DNA of 64,000 bases from an uncultured Planctomycetales bacterium (GCA_964542785.1 CAZIUK010000001.1:133115-197114), one strand, 5' to 3'. Positions 20,806 to 31,453 are shown, counted from the first letter of the stretch. Made by a program: numbers and translations. Notes: a model not told the origin generated them from the sequence alone.

Positions 20806-21717
20806 GATTTAGTTTCTATCAAGGACTTAACTGCTCAAGAGATAAGCGGAATATTTTTACTTACCGATAAGCTTAAGAAAAATAGCAATAGGTTCGCTAA
20901 GGCCATCAAAGGAAAAACATTAGGGTTAATATTCCAAAAACCATCTAACAGGACTAGGGTCTCTTTTGAGGTAGGTATGTACCAATTAGGAGGTAATGCG
21001 CTTTATCTTTCTCCTGAAGAGATTAATTTAGGAGTAAGGGAGTCAATAGCAGATGTAGCCAAGACCTTATCAAGGTATCTTGATGGAATAGTATTAAGGA
21101 CCTTTGAGCATGATACTTGTCTTAAGATGGCTTCCTTTGCCTCTATTCCTATTATAAATGGTTTATCTGATTATTCTCACCCTTGCCAGGCCTTAGCAGA
21201 CCTTTATACCATAAAAGAAAAGTTAAAAAGTTTTAAAGGCATAACCTTAGCCTATATCGGCGACGGGAATAATGTTTGTAATTCACTTCTCTTTGCCTGC
21301 GCTAAATTAGGGGTTAATATGAATGTTGGCTCTCCTTTTGGTTATCAGCCGAAAGAATCAATTCTTCAAAGTGTTCAAGTAGAAGCAGAAACAAACAACT
21401 CAACTATCAGTCTATTTGATAATGCTAAGGAGGCAATAGAAAACGCGGATGTAATTTATACCGATGTCTGGACGAGTATGGGGCAAGAGGAAGAGGCCTT
21501 AGCTAGAAAAAAGGCATTTGAAAGTTTTCAGGTAAATAAAAATTTGTTAAAACTGGCTAAAGATAATGTGTTGATAATGCACTGTCTTCCTGCGCATAGA
21601 GGCGAAGAGATAACCGACGAAGTCTTAGACAGCAAAAATTCAATTATCTTTGACCAAGCAGAGAACAGGCTGCATGTTCAGAAGGCGATATTGATAAAAT
21701 TATTAAGAATAGATTAA
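20797..21717 (+). CDS. argF: ornithine carbamoyltransferase
   Basis: STRTR, HCLP motifs; start set at ATG 20797 inside the REP tail (track start 20764 lies inside the REP hairpin). Confidence 0.85.
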   Translation: MKKDLVSIKDLTAQEISGIFLLTDKLKKNSNRFAKAIKGKTLGLIFQKPSNRTRVSFEVGMYQLGGNALYLSPEEINLGVRESIADVAKTLSRYLDGIVLRTFEHDTCLKMASFASIPIINGLSDYSHPCQALADLYTIKEKLKSFKGITLAYIGDGNNVCNSLLFACAKLGVNMNVGSPFGYQPKESILQSVQVEAETNNSTISLFDNAKEAIENADVIYTDVWTSMGQEEEALARKKAFESFQVNKNLLKLAKDNVLIMHCLPAHRGEEITDEVLDSKNSIIFDQAENRLHVQKAILIKLLRID

Positions 21718-21731
21718 GCGGCGGGGGAGAA

Positions 21732-22919
21732 ATGAAAAAAGTCGTATTAGCTTATTCCGGCGGATTGGATACATCTTGTATAGTAAGGTGGCTTAAAGAC
21801 CAAGGGTATGAGCCCGTATGTTTTATGGCTGACCTTGGCCAGGGGTTAGGCAAGGGGGAAGATTTAAATGCCATTGAAGAGAGGGCTTTATCTGCCGGGG
21901 CTTCAAAGGTATATATTAAGGATTTACAAGATGAGTTTCTTAAAGATTATTGCATGCCTGCCCTTTTGGCCGGAGCCGCCTATGAAGGAAGATATTTATT
22001 AGCCACCGCTTTAGGCAGGCCCTTAATTGCAAAGTATTTAGTTGATATAGCGCATAGAGAGAAAGCAGGCGCTATAGCTCATGGCTGTACCGGCAAGGGT
22101 AATGATCAAGTTCGTCTTGAGGTTGGTGCAACTACTTTAGCGCCCAATCTTAATATAATCGCTCCGGTAAGGGTTTGGGAATTTAAGTCTAGAGAAGAAG
22201 AGATAGAATACGCTAAAAAACATAATATTACCATAGATGTTACTAAGAAAAAACCTTATAGTATAGATAGAAATATTTGGGGTATAAGCATTGAGGCAGG
22301 CGCCTTAGAGGATTTAGGGCAGGAACCTCCGGAGGATACATATATAATTACAAAAAAGTCTACGCTTCAGTTAAGCTATCCTAAGTATATTGAAGTATAT
22401 TTTGAAAAAGGCATTCCTAAGAAGATAGGCGGTAAAAGCTATAAATTAAAAGAGCTTGTTAGCTATTTAAATGAAATCGGCGGGTTGCATGGCATTGGCA
22501 GGGTGGATATGATTGAAAATCGCCTTGTGGGGATAAAATCCCGCGAGGTCTATGAGGCTCCTGCTGCATCTATTCTGCATATTGCGCATAAAGAGCTTGA
22601 GTCGCTTGTCTTAGATAGAGAGTTAACACATTTTAAGGAGATTGTTTCATTAAAGTATTCGGAATTAGTGTATAATGGCTTGTGGTTTTCTCCCTTAAGA
22701 GAGGCATTGGATAAATTTGTCAGCACAACCCAGAAGAAGGTAACCGGGACTATTAAATTAAAGTTATTTAAGGGTAGTTGTGTGGCAGTATCAAGAAGCT
22801 CTAAGTACTCTCTTTATAAAAAAGAGCTTAGCACCTACGGTAAAGAAGATAAATTTGACCAAAAGTTAGCCGAAGGGTTTATTAAAATTTGGGGCATGCC
22901 CTATAAAGTTACAAAATAA
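21732..22919 (+). CDS. argG: argininosuccinate synthase
   Basis: VVLAYSGGLDTS PP-loop. Confidence 0.9.
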   Translation: MKKVVLAYSGGLDTSCIVRWLKDQGYEPVCFMADLGQGLGKGEDLNAIEERALSAGASKVYIKDLQDEFLKDYCMPALLAGAAYEGRYLLATALGRPLIAKYLVDIAHREKAGAIAHGCTGKGNDQVRLEVGATTLAPNLNIIAPVRVWEFKSREEEIEYAKKHNITIDVTKKKPYSIDRNIWGISIEAGALEDLGQEPPEDTYIITKKSTLQLSYPKYIEVYFEKGIPKKIGGKSYKLKELVSYLNEIGGLHGIGRVDMIENRLVGIKSREVYEAPAASILHIAHKELESLVLDRELTHFKEIVSLKYSELVYNGLWFSPLREALDKFVSTTQKKVTGTIKLKLFKGSCVAVSRSSKYSLYKKELSTYGKEDKFDQKLAEGFIKIWGMPYKVTK

Positions 22920-22927
22920 AAGGAGAG

Positions 22928-24313
22928 TTGATGCCTAAAAAATTATGGGGTTCAAGGTTCTCTAAAAAAACAAGCGCATTAACAGATAAGTTTACCTCTA
23001 GTATATCTTTTGATAAGAGGCTGGCAGAATACGACATTTTAGGCAGTATCGCCCATGCAAAGATGTTAGGTAGGCAAAAGATTATTCCCCTTTCGGATTC
23101 TAAGTTGATAGTAAAAGGGCTTAAGGCTATTTTTGCCGACCTTAAAAAAGGCAATTTTAAGTTTGATTTAAACGCCGAAGATATACATTCTAATATACAG
23201 AGTTTGCTTTTTAAGAAGATCGGTAAGCCTGCGTTGAAATTACATACCGCAAGGTCAAGGAATGACCAGATCGCCTTAGATATAAAGATGTATATAAAGA
23301 AAGAGGCGGACGATTTAACATCCTTGATTACTTGCCTGCAAAAAGCTATTCTTAAGCTTGCCCAAAATAATAAAGACATCATTATTCCTGGATATACGCA
23401 TCTTCAGGTTGCCCAATGTGTATTATTGGCACACCACTTTTTAAGTTATATTGAAGGTTTAGAGAGGGATAAGCAAAGGATACTTGACGCTAAGAAGAGG
23501 GTAGATTTTATGCCTTTAGGGGCGTGTGCTTTTTCGGGGACAGGGCTAAATATTGACCGCAATTATGTCGCTAAAGAACTTAAGTTTAAAAATGTAACCG
23601 CAAACAGTATTGATAGCGTAAGCGACAGGGATTTTATTATAGAGTTTCTCTCCGCGCTCGCTATACTTTCGGTTCATCTTTCGCGCATGGCCGAGGATTT
23701 AATCCTATGGTCCACAAAAGAGTTTTCTTTTATTGATATAGATTTTTCTTTTTGCACCGGCTCAAGTATTATGCCGCATAAGAAAAATCCTGATATACTT
23801 GAGTTGATCAGAGGTTCAGTAGGGAAGGTTCAGGGAAGTTTGTCAAGCGTATTAATACTGATGAAGGGGCTCCCCTCCTCTTATAATAGGGATTTGCAAT
23901 TAGATAAACCCCCACTCTTTGATGCCATAGATACCGTTAAAGGCATCTTAGAGATATTTATTCCTCTTTTTAAGAATATTATAATTAGAAAGGAAGTAAT
24001 TGCTCAGAAGGTAAAAGATGAATCATTATTTTCCGTAGATATTGTAGAGTATTTGATTAAAAAAGGAACCTCTTACAGGCAGGCTCATGATATTGTAGGC
24101 AAGATGGTGCGGGAGTGCCTTGATAAGGGGATAAAGATATCCTCTTTAACTTCTAAAGAGTTACATAGGTATTCTCCTAAACTTAGCTTTGACTTTAAAA
24201 ATATATTAAACCCTAAAGCTTCTGTAGATCTTAAAAAGTCTTACGGAGGGACTGGATTAAATCAGGTAAGTCGCCAGTTAAATAAATGGCTTAAGTTCTT
24301 AACCAAAAAATAA
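22928..24313 (+). CDS. argH: argininosuccinate lyase
   Basis: LWGSRFSKK N-terminus, GSSIMPHKKNPD fumarate-lyase signature. Confidence 0.9.
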   Translation: MMPKKLWGSRFSKKTSALTDKFTSSISFDKRLAEYDILGSIAHAKMLGRQKIIPLSDSKLIVKGLKAIFADLKKGNFKFDLNAEDIHSNIQSLLFKKIGKPALKLHTARSRNDQIALDIKMYIKKEADDLTSLITCLQKAILKLAQNNKDIIIPGYTHLQVAQCVLLAHHFLSYIEGLERDKQRILDAKKRVDFMPLGACAFSGTGLNIDRNYVAKELKFKNVTANSIDSVSDRDFIIEFLSALAILSVHLSRMAEDLILWSTKEFSFIDIDFSFCTGSSIMPHKKNPDILELIRGSVGKVQGSLSSVLILMKGLPSSYNRDLQLDKPPLFDAIDTVKGILEIFIPLFKNIIIRKEVIAQKVKDESLFSVDIVEYLIKKGTSYRQAHDIVGKMVRECLDKGIKISSLTSKELHRYSPKLSFDFKNILNPKASVDLKKSYGGTGLNQVSRQLNKWLKFLTKK

Positions 24314-25576
24314 ATGCACGAATTTATCTATAGGAAAAATAAGCTTTATTGCGAAGGGTTAAGAGTTGAGGATTTAGCCTTAAAGTTCGGCACCCCGCTT
24401 TATATCTATAGTTACCATACTTTAATCAGCCATTTCTTAAAATTAAAAGAAGCCTTTAAGCTAGTTAACCCGCTTATCTGCTATTCGATAAAGGCAAATT
24501 CTAACCTTGCGGTTTTACGCGCCTTGGTTAATAAGGGCGCGGGGTTAGATATAGTCTCCGGAGGAGAGTTGTGCCGGGCCCTTAAGGCAGGGTGCAGCCC
24601 TAAAAAGATAGTCTATGCTTCAGTAGGCAAGACTGAAGAAGAGATAGAGGAAGCGGTAAGAAGAGGAATTTTATTTTTTAATGTTGAATCCCTTCCGGAG
24701 TTGGAGTTAATCAATCGTATCGCCGGAAGGTTAAATAAGATCGTTAAGGTAGCGATACGTATTAATCCTGATGTAGAGCCTAAGACGCATAAATATATAA
24801 CTACGGGTAAATTAACTAATAAATTTGGCATTGACCTTAAAAGCACTCGCCAGATACTTCTTATGCGCAGGGCTTTTGCGCATATAAAAATTGTAGGCTT
24901 GCATATCCATATAGGCTCGCAGATAACAGAAAGCGCTCCTTATATATCTGCGCTTAATAAAGTTATATTATTTATCAACTCTCTTGAAAAAGACGGTATT
25001 GTTATTGAGTATCTTAATATAGGCGGGGGCCTGGGGATAATCTATAATAAAGAAACTCCTCAGACAGCTAAAACCTTTGCAAAAAATATTCTGCCTCTTC
25101 TTAAAAAAACAAAACTAAAGATAATCATGGAGCCAGGGAGATTTATTTCCGGAAATTCAGGCATCTTAGTTACAAAGGTATTATATATTAAGATTACGCC
25201 AAAGAAAAAATTTGTGATTGTAGATGCAGGGATGAATGATTTAATACGCCCCTCTTTATACAATGCTTATCATCAGATACTCCCTTTGGATAAAGATAGG
25301 CAAACAAAGGAAAGAGTAGATATTGTCGGACCTATATGCGAGAGCTCAGATTTTTTTGCTAAAGACAGGGTCTTGCCTAAATTAAAAGAAGGCGGCTTTA
25401 TTGCGATAATGGGTTCAGGCGCCTACGGTTTTAGCATGGCAAGTAATTATAACTCACGCACTAGGCCGGTTGAGGTTATGGTTAAAGGGAAAAAAATATT
25501 TATGATTAGAAAAAGAGAAGGTTTCCGGGATTTAATCCGCAATGAAGTTATACCTTCTTTTCTTTTAAAAAGGTAA
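24314..25576 (+). CDS. lysA: diaminopimelate decarboxylase
   Basis: Fold-III PLP decarboxylase (YSIKAN, EPGR, GAYG). Confidence 0.85.
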   Translation: MHEFIYRKNKLYCEGLRVEDLALKFGTPLYIYSYHTLISHFLKLKEAFKLVNPLICYSIKANSNLAVLRALVNKGAGLDIVSGGELCRALKAGCSPKKIVYASVGKTEEEIEEAVRRGILFFNVESLPELELINRIAGRLNKIVKVAIRINPDVEPKTHKYITTGKLTNKFGIDLKSTRQILLMRRAFAHIKIVGLHIHIGSQITESAPYISALNKVILFINSLEKDGIVIEYLNIGGGLGIIYNKETPQTAKTFAKNILPLLKKTKLKIIMEPGRFISGNSGILVTKVLYIKITPKKKFVIVDAGMNDLIRPSLYNAYHQILPLDKDRQTKERVDIVGPICESSDFFAKDRVLPKLKEGGFIAIMGSGAYGFSMASNYNSRTRPVEVMVKGKKIFMIRKREGFRDLIRNEVIPSFLLKR

Positions 25577-25578
25577 GT

Positions 25579-26400
25579 ATGCAAAAAATTAATTTTACTA
25601 AGATGGTAGCTTCTGGGAATGATTTTGTGGTAGTTTACGCTAATCAGTTTTGTAGATTTAAGCAAAGCATCTTTCCTTTAGCTAAAAAGATATGTAACCG
25701 CAGATTAGGTATCGGCGCTGACGGATTGCTTTTAATGGAAGGCTCAAAAAAAGCCGATATTAAGATGAGGATATTTAACGCTGATGGTTCAGAGGCTGAT
25801 ATGTGCGGGAATGGCGCAAGGTGCGCTTCTTATTGGTATTTGGAAAATAAAGGTAGAGGCTCCAAAGAGATAAATATTGAAACAAAAGCAGGGATAATTG
25901 AGAGTAAAATTACAGGTAGCAATGTTAGGATCAAGCTTACTTCTCCTAAGGGTTTGAAATTAAATATACCGGTTAACTTTAATAAAAGAGTATTAAGGGT
26001 AAATTTTATCAATACTGGAGTCCCGCATGCGGTAATTTTTGTTAACGGGTTAGAAGATATTGATGTTGAGAGGATAGGAGGATATATACGTTTCCATAAG
26101 GCTTTTTCTCCTGAAGGGGCAAATGTAAATTTTGTTGAGCCCTTAAGCAAGGGTGTTATATCCGTGCGTACCTATGAAAGAGGCGTAGAGGCAGAGACCT
26201 TAGCCTGTGGCACAGGCTCTGTTGCTTCAGCTTTGATTGCTGCTTATACCCTAAAGGCGCAAGGATCCGGAATTATCAGGGTAAGGACAAAGAGTAAAGA
26301 AGTTTTGAAGGTTTATTTTAATCAAGATAGCTCTTCATTTAATAATAACTGGCTTGAGGGTTGTGTAAAAAAAGTTTACAGGGGGGAGTATTATGTTTAA
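25579..26400 (+). CDS. dapF: diaminopimelate epimerase
   Basis: FTKMVASGNDFVVV, two catalytic Cys (MCGNGARC, ACGTGS). Confidence 0.85.
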   Translation: MQKINFTKMVASGNDFVVVYANQFCRFKQSIFPLAKKICNRRLGIGADGLLLMEGSKKADIKMRIFNADGSEADMCGNGARCASYWYLENKGRGSKEINIETKAGIIESKITGSNVRIKLTSPKGLKLNIPVNFNKRVLRVNFINTGVPHAVIFVNGLEDIDVERIGGYIRFHKAFSPEGANVNFVEPLSKGVISVRTYERGVEAETLACGTGSVASALIAAYTLKAQGSGIIRVRTKSKEVLKVYFNQDSSSFNNNWLEGCVKKVYRGEYYV

Positions 26401-27271
26401 AGGTTCTATTGTAGCTTTGGCCACGCCGTTTAAAGATGGTAAGGTTGATGAGGGTAAGCTTAAAGAGCTAGTTGATTTTCAAATTAAGAATGGTACATCT
26501 GGTATTGTGCCTTGCGGGACCACCGGAGAGTCAGCGACACTTACTTTTGAAGAACACAGCCGGGTAATAGAGATTACCGTTGCGCAGGTAAGAAAGAGGC
26601 TTCCGGTTATTGCTGGTACAGGTTCAAACTCAACTGAAGAGGCGATTGCTTTGACTAAACATGCAGCTTCAGTTGGGGCAGATGCTTCGTTGCAGGTCTC
26701 TCCCTATTATAACCGTCCAACGCAAAAGGGACTTTATGAGCATTTTAAGGCTGTAGCTGATTCTGTCAATATCCCGGTTATGCTTTATAATATAGCCGGG
26801 CGCACCGGAGTCAACATAGAGCCGCAGACAATAGCCAAATTAGCTTCAACCTGTAAGAATATAGTCGCAGTTAAGGAGGCATCCGGGAATTTAGAACAGA
26901 TGTCGCGTATTAAATCCTTATGCCCGCCTAATTTTCAATTGATCTCAGGCGATGATAGCTTAACACTTCCTGTTTTAAGCATAGGCGGCACAGGCGTTAT
27001 ATCGGTGGCGGCAAATATTGTTCCTGCTGATACCGCAGAATTAATTACATCTTTTGAAGAGGGAGATATTAAAGAGGCGCGGAGGATGCACTATAAACTA
27101 CTTCCTTTAGTCAAGGCTTTATTTGTAGAGACTAATCCTATTCCTGTAAAAACTGCGATGGGGTTATTGGGTATGTGTAGTCCGGAGTTAAGGCTTCCGA
27201 TGTCATCAATGTTGCCTGAAAACTTAGAGAAATTAAAGAAGGCTTTAATTGACTACGGACTTTTAAAATAA
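26393..27271 (+). CDS. dapA: 4-hydroxy-tetrahydrodipicolinate synthase
   Basis: GSIVALATPF, GTTGES, YNIAGRTG motifs. Confidence 0.85.
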   Translation: MFKGSIVALATPFKDGKVDEGKLKELVDFQIKNGTSGIVPCGTTGESATLTFEEHSRVIEITVAQVRKRLPVIAGTGSNSTEEAIALTKHAASVGADASLQVSPYYNRPTQKGLYEHFKAVADSVNIPVMLYNIAGRTGVNIEPQTIAKLASTCKNIVAVKEASGNLEQMSRIKSLCPPNFQLISGDDSLTLPVLSIGGTGVISVAANIVPADTAELITSFEEGDIKEARRMHYKLLPLVKALFVETNPIPVKTAMGLLGMCSPELRLPMSSMLPENLEKLKKALIDYGLLK

Positions 27272-27381
27272 AATAGCGTAACAGGACTTAACTTCGTTAA
27301 GCATAACAGGGGGGTTCTTTTAGTAAATAGATAGTAATAATGTGAATTTGTGTAGAGAGTTCTTAGAATTTAGGAGAAGAG

Positions 27382-28110
27382 ATGAAGATAAACCAAAGAG
27401 TAATTAAGCTTGGCATTGCCGGCGCCTGCGGCAAGATGGGTAGGCGTATATTTGAATTAGCCTTACAGGATAATGATTTTGAAATAGCTTTGGCTTTAGA
27501 GAAAAAAGGCACGCCTCTTATAGGAAAAGAGATAGGTAAGCTTAAAATATCTTCTAACCCTGACGGGCTTTTTTTAGTAGATGTGCTTATAGATTTTACT
27601 ATTGCCGAAGCTGCGGACCTAACTTTAGATTACGCGGCTAAATATAAAAAAGCGTTTATCTTGGGGACAACAGGGTTGACTCTAGCGCAGTTAGATAAAT
27701 TAAGAGAGGTTTCAAAATTGATTCCCGTGGTCTTTTCTCCTAATTTTAGCATCGGGGTAAATACTTTATTTGATATATTGCCTGATATAGCCAAAAAATT
27801 AGGGCGCGATTATACTATTGAGATAATAGAGGCACACCATAAGCATAAAAAAGATTCTCCCTCTGGAACAGCTAAAAAATTATTAGAGGTTTTAACTGAA
27901 GCAACCGGACAAGATATGCCGGTTCATTCTCTGCGTTTAGGGGATATCATAGGCGACCATACAGTTATCTTTTGCGCTAATTCTGAACGTATAGAGATAA
28001 AGCACCAGGCTCATTCGCGCGATTTATTTGCATTGGGCGCTCTAAAAGCAGCTAAGTGGGTTTTTGAAAAGCCAGCGGGTTTGTATTCAATGCAAGATGT
28101 TTTAAAATAG
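27382..28110 (+). CDS. dapB: 4-hydroxy-tetrahydrodipicolinate reductase
   Basis: IKLGIAGACGKMGR; EAHHKHKKDSPSGTA. Confidence 0.85.
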   Translation: MKINQRVIKLGIAGACGKMGRRIFELALQDNDFEIALALEKKGTPLIGKEIGKLKISSNPDGLFLVDVLIDFTIAEAADLTLDYAAKYKKAFILGTTGLTLAQLDKLREVSKLIPVVFSPNFSIGVNTLFDILPDIAKKLGRDYTIEIIEAHHKHKKDSPSGTAKKLLEVLTEATGQDMPVHSLRLGDIIGDHTVIFCANSERIEIKHQAHSRDLFALGALKAAKWVFEKPAGLYSMQDVLK

Positions 28111-28148
28111 AGGCTATTCCTGGAATTCTGGAATTTGGAGGATTGTAA

Positions 28149-29309
28149 ATGAGCTTTAAGCTTTCAAAAAAATTAGAGAGTTTGCCTCCCTATCTTTTTT
28201 TAGAGATAGATAAGGCAAAAAGAAAGGCCCGTGCTTTAGGACGCGATATAATTGACTTAGGCATAGGAGATCCTGACCAACCAACGCCTAATTATATAAT
28301 TGATGCATTACATAAGGCTGCTCTTGACCCTGCTAATCACCGCTATGCCTTAGATCAAGGCATGCCTTTTTTGCGCCAATCAATTGCCTCCTGGTATAAA
28401 AAGAGGTTTGCTGTATCCTTAAATCCTGATACGCAGATACTTCCTTTAATCGGATCAAAGGAGGGTATAGCGCATCTTCCTTTAGCTTTCTTAAATCAAG
28501 GGGATTATTCTCTAGTTCCTGACCCTTGTTATCCCCCTTATAAGGGTGGTACAATATTAGCAGGAGGGAGGATAAGCCTCATGCCTCTTTTAAGTGCAAA
28601 CTCTTTTCTTCCTGATTTTAATAAAATCCCCCTTTCAATTTCAAAAAAAGCAAAAATAATGTTTCTAAATTATCCGAATAACCCTACCTCTGCAATAGCT
28701 GATAAGTCATTTTTTAAAGAGGCAATTACCTTTGCTAAGAAGCATAAAATTATTATTATCTCTGATCTTGCTTATTCTGAAATGAGTTATGACGGCTATG
28801 TTCCTGTAAGCATGCTTGAGGTAGAGGGCGCTAAAGAAGTAGTTATTGAATTTCATTCTCTCTCTAAGTCTTATAATATGACTGGATGGCGTATAGGCTG
28901 GGCATGCGGCAATGAAAATCTAATAAGCGCATTAGCTAAAGTAAAATCAAATATTGACTCAGGCATCTTCTCTGCAATTCAAATTGCAGGGACTGCAGCA
29001 CTTAACAGTACGGATAAGCATATTAAAAGTATGGCTCTTCTTTATCAAGACAGGAGAGATGCCTTAGTTAAGGGGTTAAAGTCTTTAGGCTGGCAGGTAA
29101 ATAGCCCTAAGGCTACTTTTTACCTTTGGATTAAGACGCCAAAAAATTATGATTCTATAAAGTTTGCATCTTTACTTTTAAATAAAGCAGATATCGTTGT
29201 AACCCCGGGCGTTGGTTTTGGTAAATATGGAGAAGGCTATATCCGCATGGCACTTACAGTATCCAAAGAGAGGATGCAAGAGGCAGTACGCCGCTTAAGC
29301 AAATTATAG
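28149..29309 (+). CDS. dapL: LL-diaminopimelate aminotransferase (DapL-type class I aminotransferase)
   Basis: LPPYLFLEID N-terminal signature of DapL, SLSKSYNMTGWRIG PLP-Lys motif; embedded in dap cluster without dapD/dapE. Confidence 0.65.
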   Translation: MSFKLSKKLESLPPYLFLEIDKAKRKARALGRDIIDLGIGDPDQPTPNYIIDALHKAALDPANHRYALDQGMPFLRQSIASWYKKRFAVSLNPDTQILPLIGSKEGIAHLPLAFLNQGDYSLVPDPCYPPYKGGTILAGGRISLMPLLSANSFLPDFNKIPLSISKKAKIMFLNYPNNPTSAIADKSFFKEAITFAKKHKIIIISDLAYSEMSYDGYVPVSMLEVEGAKEVVIEFHSLSKSYNMTGWRIGWACGNENLISALAKVKSNIDSGIFSAIQIAGTAALNSTDKHIKSMALLYQDRRDALVKGLKSLGWQVNSPKATFYLWIKTPKNYDSIKFASLLLNKADIVVTPGVGFGKYGEGYIRMALTVSKERMQEAVRRLSKL

Positions 29310-29316
29310 TATAAAT

Positions 29317-29354
29317 GGGGACAGCCACTTTTTTATAAAAAAGTGGCTGTCCCC
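29317..29354 (+). repeat. 38-bp perfect palindrome (family 2): GGGGACAGCCACTTTTTTATAAAAAAGTGGCTGTCCCC
   Basis: Downstream of dapL stop; differs from 9274 copy by G to C in the left arm matched by a complementary change in the right arm. Confidence 0.8.
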
Positions 29355-29368
29355 ATCTAAGATTTAAT

Positions 29369-29776
29369 ATGATAACCTGTTACTTAGGATTAGGTTCTAA
29401 TTTAGGCAAACGGAAAGAGAATATACAAAACGCAATATTAGAGTTAAGCAAAATAAAGGGAGTTAAAGTCTTAAAGACCTCAACTTTTTTTAACACAAAA
29501 GCCATAGGCGGACCTAGGAGCCAGCCTGATTATTTAAATGCCGCGCTAAAGATAAAGACAACAATCTTAGCACCGGTGCTTCTTAAGAAAATAAAGAATA
29601 TTGAAACCCGTCTTGGCCGTGTAAAATCCGTGCGTAACGGGCCGAGGATAATAGATATAGATATATTGTTCTACGGAGAACAAAAGATACAAACAAAAAA
29701 ATTAGTTATACCTCATCCTCGCGTCTTTAAGCGGGATTTTGTTATAAAGCCTTTAACAGAGGTTATATGCGCATAA
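29369..29776 (+). CDS. folK: 2-amino-4-hydroxy-6-hydroxymethyldihydropteridine pyrophosphokinase
   Basis: YLGLGSNLG, GPRIIDIDILFYG HPPK motifs. Confidence 0.85.
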   Translation: MITCYLGLGSNLGKRKENIQNAILELSKIKGVKVLKTSTFFNTKAIGGPRSQPDYLNAALKIKTTILAPVLLKKIKNIETRLGRVKSVRNGPRIIDIDILFYGEQKIQTKKLVIPHPRVFKRDFVIKPLTEVICA

Positions 29777-30615
29777 TAAACAGTTTAGATAATATCCTTT
29801 TAGAGCTAAAAAAACATAAGGGCAAAAAAATAGGTTTTGTCCCGACTATGGGCGCTTTGCATCAGGGGCATTTAAGTTTAATCCGTAAAGCACGCAAAGA
29901 TAATGATACGGTAGTTGTAAGTATATTTGTTAATCCTAAACAGTTTGGGCCTGGTGAAGACCTAAATAGATACCCGCGCCCGATAGAAAAAGATATATCC
30001 TTTTGCCGTAAGGAAAAAGTAGATATTCTTTTTTACCCGGAAGCAAAAGATATCTATCCAAAAGATTTCTCTACTTATATTAGCCTTGAAGGGCTAAGTA
30101 ATATCTTATGCGGTAAATCCCGCCCTGACCACTTTAAGGGTGTTTCTACTATTGTCGCAAAGCTGCTTAATATTATCCGGCCGGATGTAATTTATTTAGG
30201 GCAAAAAGATGCCCAGCAGGCAGTTATTATCAAGAGGATGGTAGTGGATTTAAATATTCCGGTAGTGGTTAAGGTAATACCCATAGTGCGCGATAAAGAT
30301 GGTTTAGCAATAAGCTCAAGGAATATCTATTTAAGCAAAAGCCAAAGGAAGGACGCTTTAACTATACCCTATGCGTTTAACTTAGCTAAAGAGTTAATAA
30401 AAAACGGAACAAGGAATTCAAGTATAATTGTAGGCAGGATGAAGCAGCTTATCTTAAAAAATAAGAGTGTAATAATAGATTATATAGAGATAGTGGATGC
30501 TGATTCCCTTAAGCCCCTTAAAAAGGTTACAAATAATTCCTTAATAATGTTAGCGGTGTTTATCGGCAAGGCGCGCTTAATAGATAACTGTCAAGTTAAA
30601 AGATGGCTAAACTGA
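29767..30615 (+). CDS. panC: pantoate--beta-alanine ligase
   Basis: GFVPTMGALHQGHLSL HIGH-type motif. Confidence 0.9.
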   Translation: MRIINSLDNILLELKKHKGKKIGFVPTMGALHQGHLSLIRKARKDNDTVVVSIFVNPKQFGPGEDLNRYPRPIEKDISFCRKEKVDILFYPEAKDIYPKDFSTYISLEGLSNILCGKSRPDHFKGVSTIVAKLLNIIRPDVIYLGQKDAQQAVIIKRMVVDLNIPVVVKVIPIVRDKDGLAISSRNIYLSKSQRKDALTIPYAFNLAKELIKNGTRNSSIIVGRMKQLILKNKSVIIDYIEIVDADSLKPLKKVTNNSLIMLAVFIGKARLIDNCQVKRWLN

Positions 30616-31421
30616 AGATAGGCATAGTAGGTTGTGGGGCAATAGGAAGTTCTTTAGCTACGTATATCGTACGCAGCCTTAAGCTCACAGCAGAGTTGTG
30701 TGGGCTTTATGATTTAGATAATTTTAAATCAGAAGCTTTAGCTAAGAAAATTGGAAGAAAAACAGCTGCCTCCAAAAGCTTAAAAACCTTGCTTGAAACC
30801 TCTAGCCTTATAATTGAGTCTGCTTCGGCAGAATCATCTTTTGCTATCGCCTCCGCAGTTCTTAAGGCAAGGAAGGATATTATGATCATGAGCATAGGAG
30901 GGGTTGCGCATAAGATTAATTTATTGCGTAAGATAGCCTGCAGGAATAATTGTAAGATTTATCTTCCTAGCGGTGCTGTCTCGGGGGTAGATGCATTAAA
31001 GGCCTTTAGTGTAAGCAAGATACGCAGCGTAATCCTTGTTACTACCAAGAATCCTTTAAGTTTTAAAGGGGTCAAGTATATTAAGGATAAAAAGATAAAC
31101 CTATTAAATCTTAAAAAAGAAAGGGTACTGTTTTACGGCAGCGCCTTGGATGCGGTAAGGTACTTTCCACAAAATATTAATGTTGCTGCAGTATTAAGTT
31201 TATCCGGTATAGGTATGCGTAAGACAATGGTAAAAATTATTGCTTCTTCTAAAGTTAAAAAAAACATACACGAGGTGTGGGTTAAATCCGATGCTGGAAA
31301 TTTCTATACGCGTACAGAAAATATTCCGCACCCTGACAATTATAAGACAAGTTATTTGGCAGTTCTTTCAGCTATTGCAGTATTAAAAAGTATTTTGGAG
31401 CCGGTATCAATCGGCACATAA
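30603..31421 (+). CDS. nadX: L-aspartate dehydrogenase NadX family
   Basis: IGIVGCGAIG Rossmann motif; C-terminal region (PSGAVSGVDAL, PQNINVAAVLSL, HEVWVKSDAGNFYTRTENIPHPDNYKTS) resembles NadX as I recall it. Confidence 0.65.
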   Translation: MAKLKIGIVGCGAIGSSLATYIVRSLKLTAELCGLYDLDNFKSEALAKKIGRKTAASKSLKTLLETSSLIIESASAESSFAIASAVLKARKDIMIMSIGGVAHKINLLRKIACRNNCKIYLPSGAVSGVDALKAFSVSKIRSVILVTTKNPLSFKGVKYIKDKKINLLNLKKERVLFYGSALDAVRYFPQNINVAAVLSLSGIGMRKTMVKIIASSKVKKNIHEVWVKSDAGNFYTRTENIPHPDNYKTSYLAVLSAIAVLKSILEPVSIGT

Positions 31422-31453
31422 TTAAATAAAGCGAAAGGGGGTGAGTTTAAGAT

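Noticed and set aside
22909-23382. 157-aa minus-strand ORF
   Set aside because: It is antisense to the 5' end of argH, which shows clear fumarate-lyase motifs, and is considered spurious. The same applies to all other minus-strand ORFs in the track (60-115 aa, each inside a conserved + strand gene).
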